NCBI GenBank assembly: GCA_002633005.1
Contig: NMRA01000069.1
Coordinates: forward strand, 96,203 to 160,202
Length of the DNA stretch: 64,000 nucleotides
Direction: 5' to 3'
Origin: Phoronis australis
Taxonomy: Eukaryota; Animalia; Phoronida
Part shown: piece after piece, positions 11,801 through 25,222 of the stretch
Position numbering within the stretch: position 1 is the stretch's first letter
Layout of the letters: every line of letters starts with the position of its first letter
Program-made: the position numbers and the translations under genes
The notes under the pieces: model-generated
What the model was told of the DNA's origin: nothing
The model's database searches: none
What the model saw: the letters and a program-made list of their open reading frames with translations, nothing else

Positions 11801-13238
11801 AGTTTTTATCAATATAGACAATTATAATACTTGATATTTGATCTAACTCAAAGTCACTTGAATGTGGTACAAGATGAAGAAGTGATGTAGTTTTACCATG
11901 TCTAACACCATTGTTGACGTTACATTGAATGCATGCAGGCAATTTTCCATATGATCTATCAAGACTTGACATTTAAATTCTACTTGAAATGCAACGGTTT
12001 CCCATTTAGTCCAACATCTATTTAATTTAATCCGTGAATTCAAAACAAGAAAGAATCAATAAAACAGCAGTGTAACCATTTCCTCCACGCCAGTAAGTTT
12101 CTGTTACAGAACTGTGAAAAGTCCATTACGGAATCCGTTTTTTTCATTTCATATACTTCTTCGGCATTTTATAAATTTGGAAAGTCTGTCGTTCAAATCT
12201 ACATTAATGTGTGTCCTTATGAATGAATAAATCAATCTTTTGATAGTGTGTCAAAGAGGCTCTTACTTCGATCAGACTTGCAATACTTAAGCAAGTGCAC
12301 GACAATTAATTAATAACACCAAGGAAGAACAATGAGGAATCAGTGAGACATGCCACACAATAACAGCACCAGGAAAGTGTACACAGAAGTAGAGCCCAGA
12401 TTTAACTTCCAGATCGCAATGGCATCCCTGAGTTATTCAGCTAAAGAACGTATGGTACTTCTTTCGAAAACATGAGACATGGAAATGCACAGTTCAAGAA
12501 AGATTTGGGGTCTAGGCTACATGTAGTGTGCAAAGCACCAAATATTTTATCTCTAATATGGTCATATACAAAGCTATGAAACAAAAATTAAACTCATCAT
12601 CAACTTGTCCCCAGTGACTTATCGCACAGATTCTGTTCTACAAGGATAAACCTATAAGACGCGACATTTCTTCTGTGAGAGAAAGTATTCCGCAACAAAA
12701 CTAGGAACGAAATGATCGTAACGATCGTTTAAGTGGAAGCTTAACGTATAGTGCTATTTCATGAGCAAGAAAAGTTTCTGGCGTTCTAAATTGGGGCGGT
12801 TAATGGATCGGATCTGACCAGGTGTCGGTCAGTCGCCTTTACAGAGTATTGCATGCTGTTCGTATCAAAAGTGCTTTAAGCTTGCAGGTCTGTACGAATA
12901 GTGCGTTTTAATTCTGAAGACCATTTTTGTAGCAACCAATAATCCTATAGAAAACTCGCCTTAGTAACGCTGGTATCCTCCGAGAAAACGGCGTTGATAC
13001 TTATTTTATATTGCATCACATTTACTGTGCTGATTAAAGCCTCATACTCCCGCAAAAATCAAGGATAGGACAGATGCAAGTGTCGAATCTTTTGTGGAAG
13101 TTTGATATCCCAATCCCTTTAATTACTTAAATTTGAAAATCAACTTTCCTCTCTGCAGCCTCAGCCAAAATGTCTGAAATCAATGCAAAGCTTAATGTTC
13201 TTCTAAAAACACTCCCAAATACATGTATCTGTACTTAA

Positions 13239-14909
13239 AGGAGCATGCCACACAAAAAACAACCTAATTTGTATCAATTTAGATCCAGTAGTTCTACTCC
13301 ATAACGGCACGTACGGTTGCGTTACCTGACACCTGACGGCAGACGGAGGTGTTGAAATTATCCAATGACGTCATCGGTTTCACACGCAGTGTGTTCAGCA
13401 GTTCACAACACGGGTTACTGGTGTCAGCTTATCGCTTGAAGTCATCTTTTAGAACCAATAAATCATCAAACTTCGAGGTAAAACCCTTAAAAATACACCG
13501 AGTTCTTATAAAAACGTGTTGTTTTATTTCGCTCTTACGGATTTATTGTTATTTGGACACACCGTAGCCTACAAAGTTCGTTAGGCCAATAAGGTCCGTA
13601 GCAGGAGTGTGGGGTCTGTTCGGAGATACTTTCGAAGTATTTTCCGTGAGATACAGACAGAGAATCTATATCTGTGTTGTTTAGACTTGTTATTTTTATA
13701 GTTCTAAACACAAAGCGCTTGTTAGCCTGGCCAGTGGCTCAGACCCCGATCAGGCCAGTCGCGGCCGGCCGGATTGACTCGTTCATGTGGCTCGGAAACT
13801 GATCAGACATCACGAACATAAACCAGCCAAAGTTCAGTGGAAACTAAACTTCCAGTCAAGAAAATACTATACTAGTGAGCCAAAGTAATGTGCACCTGAT
13901 TATGTTGATGAATTAGCCACGAAACTGCAAATCTACTTACTCGTCGGGGGCCGCGAATTCAGGTTTCGCTTTGGCCACACCACCGTCAGAGCATACGTTG
14001 TACATTGACAATCATTATTTGAGTAATGTAAATGCAAATAAAGATTCCCCTAACACCTGGCCGTGGGATGGAAATCGAGTTGTTTCACAACAGTTTTTGC
14101 CCGCAAACACTAAATTAGCATGAGCTCACACGGTGTCCCGTCATTTAGTTTTATTGCACCTAAAGCCGGTAACGCAGTGATTGCTGGCTTATCAAATCAT
14201 TTGCACTCACGAACACTCCAAAGGCATTACAAATTGCATCTAATGAGACAGACTTTGTTTCAGTTTTATGTAAGTATTGGTTAGGATGAGAATAATTCAT
14301 TTTCAAACAAAACGCTAAGTAATAAACGGCAACATGGCAACTCGCAATCCCGACTTACTAGGACGAGCTAGAGCTCATCATTTCCGACTTCGCAGGTGGA
14401 TCGTTAATTTTTAGTAACAGGCTATCAATTCGAACAGGAATACAGTGATGAAGAAATACTAGAGAGGCGCCGTGAACAAGCTTAGACAACGGAATGGATG
14501 CAGTTACATGTATTTGGTAAGCCGGCATTCGTCAGGCACCGCCCCGCGACGACTGCAGGCCACAGACACGAAGATGTTTCACGGCCTCATACTTGCTATT
14601 TACAGCGTACATTTCATTCTTCGCTACCTAAGCAAATTCCTAAGCATTTTGGAGTCTCGAGGAAGTAAAAAAACAGTATACCCGCTTTTCTCGTAGCTGG
14701 TTAGTTCGAACAAGCGGAAACGATGCACCGCAACATAGCGGCATTCACTCTGCATATTAACCACTGACGTCGCTAGCGTCGTTTCTCACCTTCCTCACAG
14801 GTTAACGCGACACCTCCTGGCAAGGTAAGGTCCACCGTGTGCGAGGCGATGTGTATATAGACCGATTAAGACTGCAAAAAAGACTAATTAAATCGGGTGG
14901 CGTTCTCCT
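13239..14909. mobile_element. Non-autonomous Kolobok-like element (second family)
   Basis: TTAA at 13235-13238 and 14910-14913. Imperfect TIR AGGAGCATGCCACAC / GGGTGGCGTTCTCCT. KolX-like VTGYQFEQEYSDEEILER at 14414-14467. Confidence 0.68.
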
Positions 14910-14959
14910 TTAATCCCCTTTAAGATTTCCATGGGCAAAGTTAAAAGACGCCAATATAT

Positions 14960-15205
14960 GAGACATTAGCCTTTCGTTATGAATATTCGTAATTTTCTTA
15001 TTTAAGGTCATTCTGCACTCGGTACATCATTGGTGCAATGTATCCAACATAATCACTAATCAGCGCTACGTTATCAGCTTACAGGAGTACAGGCAATATG
15101 TAGCTGCCAGTATTAACTCCTAGTGCTAAGTGTTGTATGGTCACTTCAAGATCATTTAAGAAGAGGGAGAACAGTGTTGGACAATCACCTTGTCTCACTC
15201 CCAAA
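14960..15205 (-). mobile_element. LINE RT fragment
   Basis: The reverse strand reads GVRQGDC..PTLFSLFLNDL and a decayed LL(Y)AD motif. Confidence 0.7.
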
Positions 15206-17169
15206 TATAGAGGGGATCAGTATGTACTAAAATAAGGTAGCAACTGAACATACATGTATATCAACGGGTATGAATTTATTTTTATAGATTTATATATTTT
15301 GCCTTTGCTATTTATTTCCAGGAGGCTATACATAGGGAGGTCTCTATCGATCCCGTTAAGAGTGGTCACTGCGTTTAAAAACCAAGCAGGGGAGAATCCA
15401 GGATTTCGGGACGTTTTCAATTCATAAAAAGTGTTCAAACAATGAAACTGAAAAAATGCCAAGTGAAAAGAGTGATGCCATTCAGGTTTATTTTCCTAGT
15501 AAGGAATTGATAATTACACAATTTCACTACAGTTTGTTGGTAATATCACAATATATAAACAGCTACCTCACCAGAGAGTTCCCCCCGACCGCAAACGCGA
15601 CCCAGTCGCAAAATAACTTTTACTCTCGCGACACCTAGCGATCTGATAACGTAATACCGGATTTCAGCTTGCGCAGAGCAAACTTCCTGGTTAAAAATTA
15701 GCAGCTGACAGCCAATGAAAACCATGGTTCTAGTGCGCTGTACCTGGGCCTTCACAAGCGATCCGTGAGGTCAGCTTGTGAGTCCCGGGAACCAGGTTAA
15801 TTTACATGTAGTTAGCAGGCTACCCTGTCCCTTACTAAGTCTTCACGAAGTCAGTGAGCCCCATTCAGTCTTCTTAAGTTTGAAACCGTTGGTCACTGCA
15901 GCCCTAATACGAGCCCCAGATGTGGCTCATGCTTGAGAATGAGTTAGATTCAAGAATCACGATTGGCAGCGATTGGAACCGAGTTCATTTGTAAACAATG
16001 GAATCAATGACTATTAAAATTTTGCACACTTTTACAATGGCTACTAAATGGACACAAATACAATAAATTAGTCATGTTTGTTAAGACTCACTAGCAGACA
16101 ATCAGAGTAATGAACTGTGTGGCCTTAGATTTTATCTTCTGTAAAACATTAAAATAACAAAACGCGTGCCAAACGAACAATGCCAGAATTCCGAGAAGAG
16201 GTCAGGGTTATGATTGACAAATCAGGTGTCGCAACTGTACGTGCTCCCGGTCGGAAAGAAACGCAAACAAATTCTTAAAAGGTCCCCTCTTCGGCAGCGA
16301 ATTCCTTATCCACGTTCATTCAAATAGAGACGCCCCTCAACTCAAGAAACGAGGCGAGACTTTTTAGCTTTTGCTGTCTCAAGGTCAATTCGGGGAAGCC
16401 TTGCCGACTGTTATTTATAACCATTTTTTAAGTTTTAATTATTCCCACTTCAAAGGCTATTCGTTAGATTCTAACTAGAATATTTGCTACGAAAGCAGAA
16501 TACAATTTACAATTGTTAAGCTTAAAATAAAACTATTTACAAAAAGTATTTGAATTAATTTACATTGCGCAAGCGTGTTTTTACAAAAGTAGATACGTCG
16601 AGTTTTTCGGCAAAAAAGATCGTTTTCTCGGTTCATGTGAGAAAACAAATCCTAAACTAGTCTTAGAATGATGACAAAGGCAAAAACCCTAGGAAATTGT
16701 GTCAAAATCCCTAGACAAGCCCGAATTTTGACGAATTTTCTAATAGGTTTTGACAATGCCATGAACCTGAAACTCGTGTAGGATTTTTTATTTCCGTGTA
16801 CACCCATTAACAGAAGTGCATAAAAAGAGACGTGAGGTTTCGACATTGTCAAATGCTTTGCAAATATTTATGTAGGCACAGTAAATATTCCCGACCTTTT
16901 TTGCGTATTCCTGAATGAAACTCTAGTTAACAATGATTATGCTTATTCTGTTTTGATAACAGCGTTAGGTCCTTCACATCTAGAATTGACTCTCATGTCG
17001 ACATCGAACCTAGTGCTACACCATTAAGAATGTGTACTATGAGAACTGTATGTCTAATAATTACCTGGGGTACGAACTTGTGCTCAAGAAGATCGTAAGA
17101 GATAGCGTTAAGGTGGTCAAAGCATGGGCGGCACAACACAATGGGAAAAGTTTGCCCATAAACAAGAGC

Positions 17170-17423
17170 TGGAAAAGGCACAACTTACACGGGATAAGGG
17201 AGGTTTTTCACGGGAACAGGCACGACGGGCCTAAGAGATTGAGAAGCAGGAGGCACTGCAACTCCAGATTGAGCTGAAAACGACACCTAGTGGTGGGGCT
17301 TCAAGCAATGGTGTACGTACCAGCCGTACCAAACTGCCAAAGTTCGACGAGCGCGTCGATGACATGGATGCCTTCCTAGCCTGATTAGATACGTTTGCCA
17401 CAAGCCAGAAGTGGGATAAATGG
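17170..17423 (+). mobile_element. Gypsy (Gmr1-like) gag fragment
   Basis: Clearly homologous to ~60850-61075 (...ccaaactgccaaagttcgacgagcgcgtcgatgacatggatgccttcctagcc...). Confidence 0.85.
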
Positions 17424-19176
17424 CAAAAATAGCACAAGAATAATTCAAATATTGTTCCCAATCATCTCACGGATGTCCATTATCCCAGTTATTATGAGAT
17501 TGTGAAGCGGAACTTGCACACTAATTCCTTATCCCAGTGGCTGCTTAGTCAAATTAGTTACAAGCGCAATCACCGTACCATGTCCAGTAAATATCGCGAC
17601 TTGGTGTTTGGGAATAACGCAGCATTATGTAGGCTGCCTGAGCCCCCAAGGTAGGTCATTAGTGCAAAGGTGACTGACCCCAGAAGCCTAGACGATAATT
17701 AGACAGACGTTCTTTCAGCCTTGGACAAGTAGTTCAGTGATGAAAAGGTATGTTTTATCTTTGCAGGAAAAACACCCATGTTATACCAAAAGGCGCGAGT
17801 TGTCACATGTAAATGAATTTGTTTGATACGTGTGTTTGTTTTTGGTGTGACCCCGTGCTATCTGTGATAAATGTTAGCATCACCATCATCGCGCAGTCTT
17901 ATTGGTCAACAACCTGACTTACTTTAAACATCATCTGCTGAGGCTGCTCACCAATAGTCAGTTGGATCCCTCTTTTATGGAATATTATTTTTACGGATGT
18001 ACTACATTCCTCACTTTAAAAGTCACAGCAAGTACATGTAATACTATTCCAGGGAACTTTTTATTCATGTCATTTCAGGATGAAAGTGATGAGACACAAG
18101 ACAATGCTGAAATTTTGATTCTTATGAAAAGGGTTGAGAAAGAAACGATGTACAAGGGCAAGACCAGACTCGCTTGAAGTAATTACAGAGGTGCAGCTAT
18201 GTAATGTAATGCACATTTCATTTATACCTTTATGTTATAGGCATTACTTTAGCGGTGTAACATGTGAGGGGACTGAACACTGGCTTCCCCACGGCCCTTA
18301 TGTAAAAATTGATCATTAAGCCAATTGTTATTAAAAATTATCTGTGGTCTTAAATCAAATGGATGTATTAAAAATTTTTCATTCGACATCGTTTAAAATT
18401 TTAATGCTGATAATTAGCAATAATTTATTGAACTCCAGTTTTCCTTCAACTGCATTTTCATGCTACCTCTCTTTGTCCCCAAAACTGGCATGACTTCATT
18501 ATTAAATAGAAGTCGGATGTTGGCAAGTCTATCTTGAACCTTTCTTTCAGTCTATGTATGAAGTTGTGGGTTTTAATGTACAATAAGCTACTGATATTGA
18601 GGTCTGAATGTATTAATTCAGACCCCAAAACGTGATAAGCCTATATATGAATATTAGGTTTTTGTGGTCTCAGTTTATACACTTCATATTGCTGTGTCAG
18701 TCTATAGTTCTTTTGTCGTGTGATCGGTAAAGGAAAATTTGTGTAAAAAGGAATTCAAGAAAGTACTGAACATGGATTTCGTTGTACTCAGCTTCAACAA
18801 AAAGTTGTAATTCATCAAAAAGGTTCACGAACATAGATCTAGTGAGAAATTTCGCAGCGTAGAGCTAAACCTGTTTAGTTCAGTATCAAGTCAAATGCTG
18901 ATATGCTCACGTTCGAGTACTAGTGATACCGTAATCGTGTATGATATTTGAGCATAAGTTAAGTTTGTTGGAGAACATCAGACAAACAATTATGCTCCAT
19001 CTGGTGGACGAATTAAAACAAGTCGAAATCAAGAATTGTCGTGTGTTTATTTTCTAACGCAAAGCAGATAGTTTTTTGGAATTTCACCACAGGAGCTCGG
19101 ATCAATGAAACCAGTCCTGACTTTTGGAAGCTGTTATTGCTAGTTGCTTAGGTTCACAAAAGCATCACTTTGGGCT

Positions 19177-19287
19177 TTACAACTCTGGGGGAGAAAATAA
19201 CTCGCCAGTTTCCAGGCCGGTCATTACAACACTATCCAGGGCGATGTCACCTTTCTTAGTTCTTCCCTTCTTTGCAGTGAATACAAA
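19177..19287 (-). CDS. Secreted MAM-domain protein, exon 6 (probably terminal)
   Basis: ttacag|TTT GTA...; reads FVFTAKKGRTKKGDIALDSVVMTGLETGELFSPPEL*. GDIALD is the MAM C-terminal motif. Phase 0 matches exon 5. Confidence 0.8.
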   Translation of the reverse strand, partial: FVFTAKKGRTKKGDIALDSVVMTGLETGELFSPPEL

Positions 19288-20142
19288 CTGTAACAGATTA
19301 AAGATAAAAAACGGTATCTGAAGAAAATCCTCACGATCTCACATTGCTTTTTCATGAAAGGCACCAGATTAGTACTGGACTTGCCTCTCCCATGAATACT
19401 AACAAATTACTAACTTAAATATGCAAACACGACATAATTTTGGAGATTTCGGACAATATCGTACTTTGGAAATCAGTCTACCCAAGTGAACTTTTGCAAG
19501 AAAATTGTGTAAAACGATTTGGTCTTGTTTTGCAACTCGACTTCACTGACATACCTTAATTTGCACGACCAAAGTCATCGTTCTGTGACACTTTGGCGAG
19601 TTTGCAACCTCTCTACATTAGCAAATTCTGCCAAACGTTTGCAAGTAAACACTTTCAAAGTGTTTGATCGTGTTTCTTTGATCTTTACAAAATTTTGCAT
19701 AACACAAGAAAATGTTCTAGGAGTTTTTACACTAATAGTTGTTTCTACTGCATGGCACCATCGCCACCATGATAAAGAGCCTCCGGAGTGGACCAGGTGA
19801 TTCTTTAAAGGCGAGGGCAACCTTTTTCCATGTCATTTTGAGCTAAAATAAGGTTGGTTGGTTATCCTAGATATATTTTCCACTTATTTACAGCTTTTCG
19901 TAATTTTATAAATTACTCGTCCGCTACTCCGGAAGTGACGTTTTAGGAGGCAAGCGTTTCCCGCCACTTGGTTTTGCGTTGACTTTACAGTGCGAATCTG
20001 TTCTATTCTACTTTTGTTTTGTGCTGTTTTTCAACAATTGTCGCCACCACTTTCCATCGGCGAGTATTCTGCGGCAAGATAGGTTAGTAGAGAACTCAAC
20101 TACGTTGAATTTAGGGATTGTTTAGTGTGTTGTAAGCTGAAA

Positions 20143-20435
20143 ATGGCTGGAGTCGGTGACCCGTATCACAGTGACAGTAGCGTGAGTGACGGAGACCTTG
20201 TTCACAGCAGTTATCACGAGGAATTTTTTCACGGACATTTAGTGGGTGGGTACATGTTTGAGCCCGAGTATAACGAGGCAGAGTACGCACAGGCACAGGC
20301 AGCTGTTGAGAGAAACGAGGCGGCTACTGAGGACAGACGTGGTGACACATCTTGGTGCAAATGCACTGTGTGCGTTGTTATGCCTACCTCAATGGAATGC
20401 TTGTGCTGTTCAAATTCGACGAGGCCAAGCCACTA
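20143..20435 (+). pseudogene. KolX, N-terminal part (copy 2)
   Basis: MAGVGDPY...GGYMFEPEY...WCKCTVCVVMPTSMECLCC, then a frameshifted ...DEAKPLL and the deletion junction. Confidence 0.8.
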
Positions 20436-21231
20436 CTGGACATGGTTAAGTGGACCTCCGGCATACCACGGACAGAGGAACAACTGTCCCACTTGCCAGC
20501 CGGGTGTCCCGCGACACACTCCCACTGAATGGTGACCTGAGCACCCAAACTTCTTACACCGTGTCGTGTGACTCCCTCGCCACACACCTGGCACCTTCTA
20601 GATGGCTCCAACACTTTAGACAAGTCCACAATAAACTTATTAAACTTTGGCTCACCGATCTGTTCACTGGACGACGAACTGTCCTCTTCACTGGGTGTCG
20701 AACTGAGCCTGTTATCACTCCCACTACTCAATATCGCTGCATGGCTGCTTAGAGGTTCTGGGGTTGAGAAAACAGCACAGGACGAATCACTACTGGAATT
20801 GCACGCTCTGGGGTACGTTCGGAGGCACGGGTGACAGTAGATGAAGTGCCTCCACTGGCTCCAGTCACTGTACTGGCCACAGCTCGAGAGGCTTCTCGCT
20901 TCAAAAACGCACTTCTCGGGGGTGGCGACGGGGCACTGCCGGGAATCAACACAGACGGAATGGCATCCTTCTTCAGACGTTGTTTCGCAGGGACCTTCAT
21001 CAGTTCAGCGTACAAATCCTTTTCGTAATCGGACGGCAGAAAGTTCTTGCCACACACACTGTAATTCTCTACTGCTTTGTACGTTGCGTGGACGGGTAAC
21101 GCTGCGTTCTTCACACGAACGAGCCAAGTACGGCGAAGCGCGTCATCCATCGGAAAGCGATGCAAAGGTACACCCAAAGCGCGCGTGAGCCGATAGTTAG
21201 TAGATCCTGGTACGCACCAACAGTGTGGCAT
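20436..21231 (-). pseudogene. Kolobok THAP transposase fragment (copy 2)
   Basis: Homologous to 4245-5045. THAP zinc ligands are mutated (GC->GS, KHF->KNF) and there is a frameshift near 20790. Confidence 0.85.
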
Positions 21232-21761
21232 GTTGACTGACTAGTAAATGAAAGCAAAGGACGACGGAACTTAACACAACCGAGGTAGAACAATGACTGA
21301 CTTGGCAGCTCTCACAGTCAGAGTATATGTAAAGAAATTGGCGCGAAATGCTTGCCTCCTAAAACGTCACTTCCGGAGTAGCGGACGAGTAATTAATAAA
21401 ATTACGAAAAGCTGTAATTAAGTGGAAAATATGTCTAGGATAACCAACCAACCTTATTTTAGCCCAAAATGACATGGAAAAAGGTTTCCTTCGCCTTTAA
21501 GAATGACACCAAAGTGGAGCCCACGTTTCATGAGAGAGTAAAATTTCTGACCAAAAGTGCTGCGAGAACTTTCCCAAAAAAGAAGAATACAGTTTCAAAT
21601 TGTTAATGAAAGTGGAACCCTTAACTTAAAAAAACCAAGGTGCCGAGAACGTATATTTCAAAAGCATTGGAAGAATAAAAATCATTTCCGTTGTTCAAGC
21701 TTCATTTCAGAGATAAGTATCAATACAGATGTGTTTTTTATCAAGATTGACCTTATCCCAG

Positions 21762-22162
21762 GGCCCGGTCTCCAATCTTTTTACTCGAAATTGAACTCGA
21801 AATTAGGTTTGGCATTTTCTACTCTACTTTTGGGCGAACTCAAGATAAGTGTCTATTATTCTATGCTCGAGTACACAATAACTTACGTAGATAATTTATA
21901 GCCCTTAGTTCACAGTTTGTAAACCCAATATTAAAGCAATAAGTTCGAGTTTGAACTCGAAATTTCGAGTTTTTACTCGAGTTTGTAGCACAAATATAAG
22001 GGTCTTCAAGGGTAAACTTGAACTAGAAACTCCTATGCATAAAGTATAATGTATTCGAGCACAGTCTCATAACCAATTATCTTAAGTTCGCACAAAAGGA
22101 GCAGAGAAATTGCCAAAAATAGTTTCGAGTTCGTTTCGAGTATAAAGATTAGAGACAGGGCC
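21762..22162. mobile_element. PIF/Harbinger-like MITE
   Basis: GGCCCGGTCTCCAATC / GATTAGAGACAGGGCC with long imperfect TIRs. 3-bp TSD CAG at 21759-61 and 22163-65. Confidence 0.8.
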
Positions 22163-23160
22163 CAGGTGTCAAGTAGCTAAAATGCGTAACTAAGGGTACA
22201 AATGCTTCGTATTGTGTGTTGCATTTAATGAACTGGAATAGTCCAACGTCATGTGAATGTGATAACCTGTTCGCAAACTCAAGCATGCGAACAAAAAGTT
22301 TGGCAGCGTGCATCGCACTTAAGGGTGCTAGACGTATGCACGTGTGTTTTAACGGAAATTACATCATTTGTGTAGTAATCTTTTGATTATTTACAAGAGC
22401 AACAATTAGATAACATTCAAATTGCAAGTTTCTTGCAATATTTTATTTACATGTATGTACGAAAAACTCCGATGCTCGGACTAACTTTGATATTTTAAAT
22501 CAAAGCTAACTTACAATAAACATGTGGTCAAATCACATATTAATAATAGTTGTTTGGTTCTGGTTAAAGGCAAGCGCCTGGTCTCTGACAGGAGTGCTAG
22601 AATTGCTCCATGACGTCGCAAATTGCTGTTGCGAAGTGATCATCATCGTTAAACTAGAGAGAAAACCGCGAGAAAAGACAGACCACGGAGTAACACTGGC
22701 TTCAAACTAAGTGATACAGAAAACACTTTCACGTTAGGGCAGCTGAACATAATCTGGAATTTGTGGCCAACTGAGAGCACATGCGGGTGCACTTGGTGTC
22801 TCTACTCCGAAGGCTCACTATTTCGATGGTTCATTAAATGGGGCCATGGAACTTGGTGAAGACAGGTAGGGATGGGGTAACGCACCATCGGTAGTTCCGT
22901 CCTGGCCGCGCACGTGGTTAGGATGCGGTGGGTAAAGCACAGCGGATGAACATTTCTATCAGGTCTGTGAAAAAATATATGCCCATTTCATTCCAGAACG
23001 TTTGTGGAACTAAACAACTGTTACCAATTTACCAACAACTGCATCACAGATCGCCCTAACAAATACTGTGGAGTTACATGTACATGTACGCTGCAGAAGG
23101 AGCAAGTCTTCAGGTTCTTAAATGTATAGTTTTTGTTTGCATGCTTTGCAAATGGTCTAC

Positions 23161-23339
23161 CTTTGCTTCTTCCGTCGTCGCAATTCTGACCGTAGACGAG
23201 TGCCATGTGTTGCCTTGATTACCAGACTTTTGGAACATCACGGTTTCTTCACCACTTTTCGTCACCAAGCACAGCGTAAGACTCCCCATCTTTTTTTTGC
23301 CAAACATGTGCCATCGGAAGGAAAGTGTAAATGCACCGG
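23161..23339 (-). CDS. Secreted MAM-domain protein, exon 5
   Basis: ttttcag|CC GGT...GCA AAG|gtag. Reads AGAFTLSFRWHMFG..MGSL...SGNQGNTW, a MAM core motif. Confidence 0.88.
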
Positions 23340-23795
23340 CTGAAAAATATAGAACATGTGCCACAAATGCGACGAGTTCGAACACCGGCGGAGGGCGACG
23401 CAATTTTCGCGGGAACCAGTCAGGCATCAATCTCCAGTACAACGCCGCGATGAATATTTCAGCAAAGGCCCGTAACGTTTGATTTATGTTTCATGCATTA
23501 CGTTCTTCATTTGGACGAACGACCATGTCCATCGTGTACATGTATTATTGCACTACTTTTCTCGTAAACTTGAAAATCACTCCACGGCACCACAACTGCC
23601 ATAATTCTTTTCGTGTGTTTTTGAAAGAAATGGAACATTGAATACATTTCTCATTTCCCAGCTTGTGAGTACTTTGCATCAGGATCAGACAAAGCATGAG
23701 TTCAATTTTGATTGGGTTAAATAGAACATTTCACGTCATTGCGTTTACGCAATAAATACGTTAGGAATTCAACTCAAGATATTTCATCACCGTAC

Positions 23796-23919
23796 CTGGA
23801 AAGTATTCAGTGTATATCTTGGCTTCGGATTTTTTTTTAATCTTATCCATTTCCGCGTAGATATATGGTGTGCACATATACCCGCAGTCAGGGCCTGTAC
23901 CTTGGGTTGGCGTAGAACC
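23796..23919 (-). CDS. Secreted MAM-domain protein, exon 4
   Basis: tttccag|GGT...CCA G|gtac. Reads GSTPTQGTGPDCGYMCTPYIYAE...AKIYTEYFP. Phases 0/1 are consistent with its neighbours. Confidence 0.86.
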
Positions 23920-24452
23920 CTGGAAATAGTTGATAATGTGTTAACCAGTAGCTTGCAGCACAATAATATCTTTTAAATCTCAAAGTACACTGTAAACAGC
24001 ACTACATTTTCTGTTTGTCAAAACGCAAGTTGTCCGGAAATCCCAGTCTAAAAAGTTCTTACGTTCGTGCTTATTCCACAGTTTGAATGCATAACGCCTA
24101 GATCCCATCTCAAAATTTATTCACAGTCATTGCAATACGACAGACATACTTAAAAACATTCGACTAATGTCCACAACAAGAATGCTTAAAACCACATGCG
24201 CATTATATCACAACCTATTACTACAATCTAACATAAAAGTGTCGTACAAAAGATGAAAACAAGCTAAATCAACAGATCAGTGATGCATACAGTAAACTGA
24301 TATTTAAACATGCATTTAGAAGAAAATTTGCGCCTGGTAGAATCGTTAATTAAACAACGAAGTGTGTATTTAAAAAACAATCCGCTCCATGGTTTTTGTC
24401 AAGTTATTTCATGTCTTGGGGGTAAGCTACCTCGCTGTCAAGATTGTCTTAC

Positions 24453-24544
24453 GTTATTTGGTGTCCAGTCGAAGTCGTCATCGGTTGCTTGTGACCACCC
24501 GCAAAGGTCACCCTCGTCAAAGGAGCACGTTATATTATAACCAC
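24453..24544 (-). CDS. Secreted MAM-domain protein, exon 3
   Basis: tttcag|GT GGT...AAT AAC|gtaag. Reads GYNITCSFDEGDLCGWSQATDDDFDWTPNN, the MAM N-terminal motif. Confidence 0.88.
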
Positions 24545-25222
24545 CTGAAAGCAAAAACTATATGTAGAATTTACAATTTTAATTTTTAGCATTAGCATTC
24601 AAAGGCATAAAAAATTAAATATTGCAAAAATAACCAGTTGGTAATATTAAAGTTAGTACGCTGTCTCAGTCTCCATGCACATCCGTGATGCTAGTGGAAA
24701 GCTCTACTAGAAGCTGGTGTTTTATCAGAGAGTCTTTGCGAGCCTTGAAACACAACTAAATTTTTTGTTTGAAAACTTTTTACGGAGTCGCTCTTAGTGC
24801 CGAAACAACACTGCAAGAAAAAAGATTGCTCCGACTCTGTATAAAGCTGAATCAAACAAAAAGGTTAGTCATGTTTTCAAAGAAGTTTGTGTAAACGAAG
24901 AACTACTACCAAACTATACCTAAATTGGGTCATTCAAAGTGACGATTAGTGGAACAACTTTCATAAGAATTCCATGGCCTAGCTTTTCTGGTGACATGAA
25001 GCGTAGCTACATTAAAATTTAAGGTTTTCTCGTTGGATTTTCGGTACTAATAATTGTTCGTTCGTATACCCTTCTTTGCAACTGTTTTTTATGTAGTCAG
25101 AGAAAGGTTTGTTTTCCTCATTGATAGCTTAGTATTATACGACAATAATATAAAGTTTAGGCAAGTGACTTAACGAGAGTTAATCATTGGCAACCTCCTG
25201 ATGGGTTCTTACTAGTCCAAGC

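Larger units (their letters stand above)
19809..21496 (-). mobile_element. Kolobok DNA transposon, internally deleted (copy 2, inverted relative to copy 1)
   Basis: TTAA at 19805-19808 and 21497-21500, same TIRs as copy 1. THAP ORF at 21231->20749, KolX from ATG 20143. Confidence 0.92.

Noticed and set aside
22860-22965. Extra MAM-gene exon after ttttttcacag
   Set aside because: The frame required by exon 5 (phase 0) hits TGA TAG at once, and the MAM domain is completed by 19287-19177.
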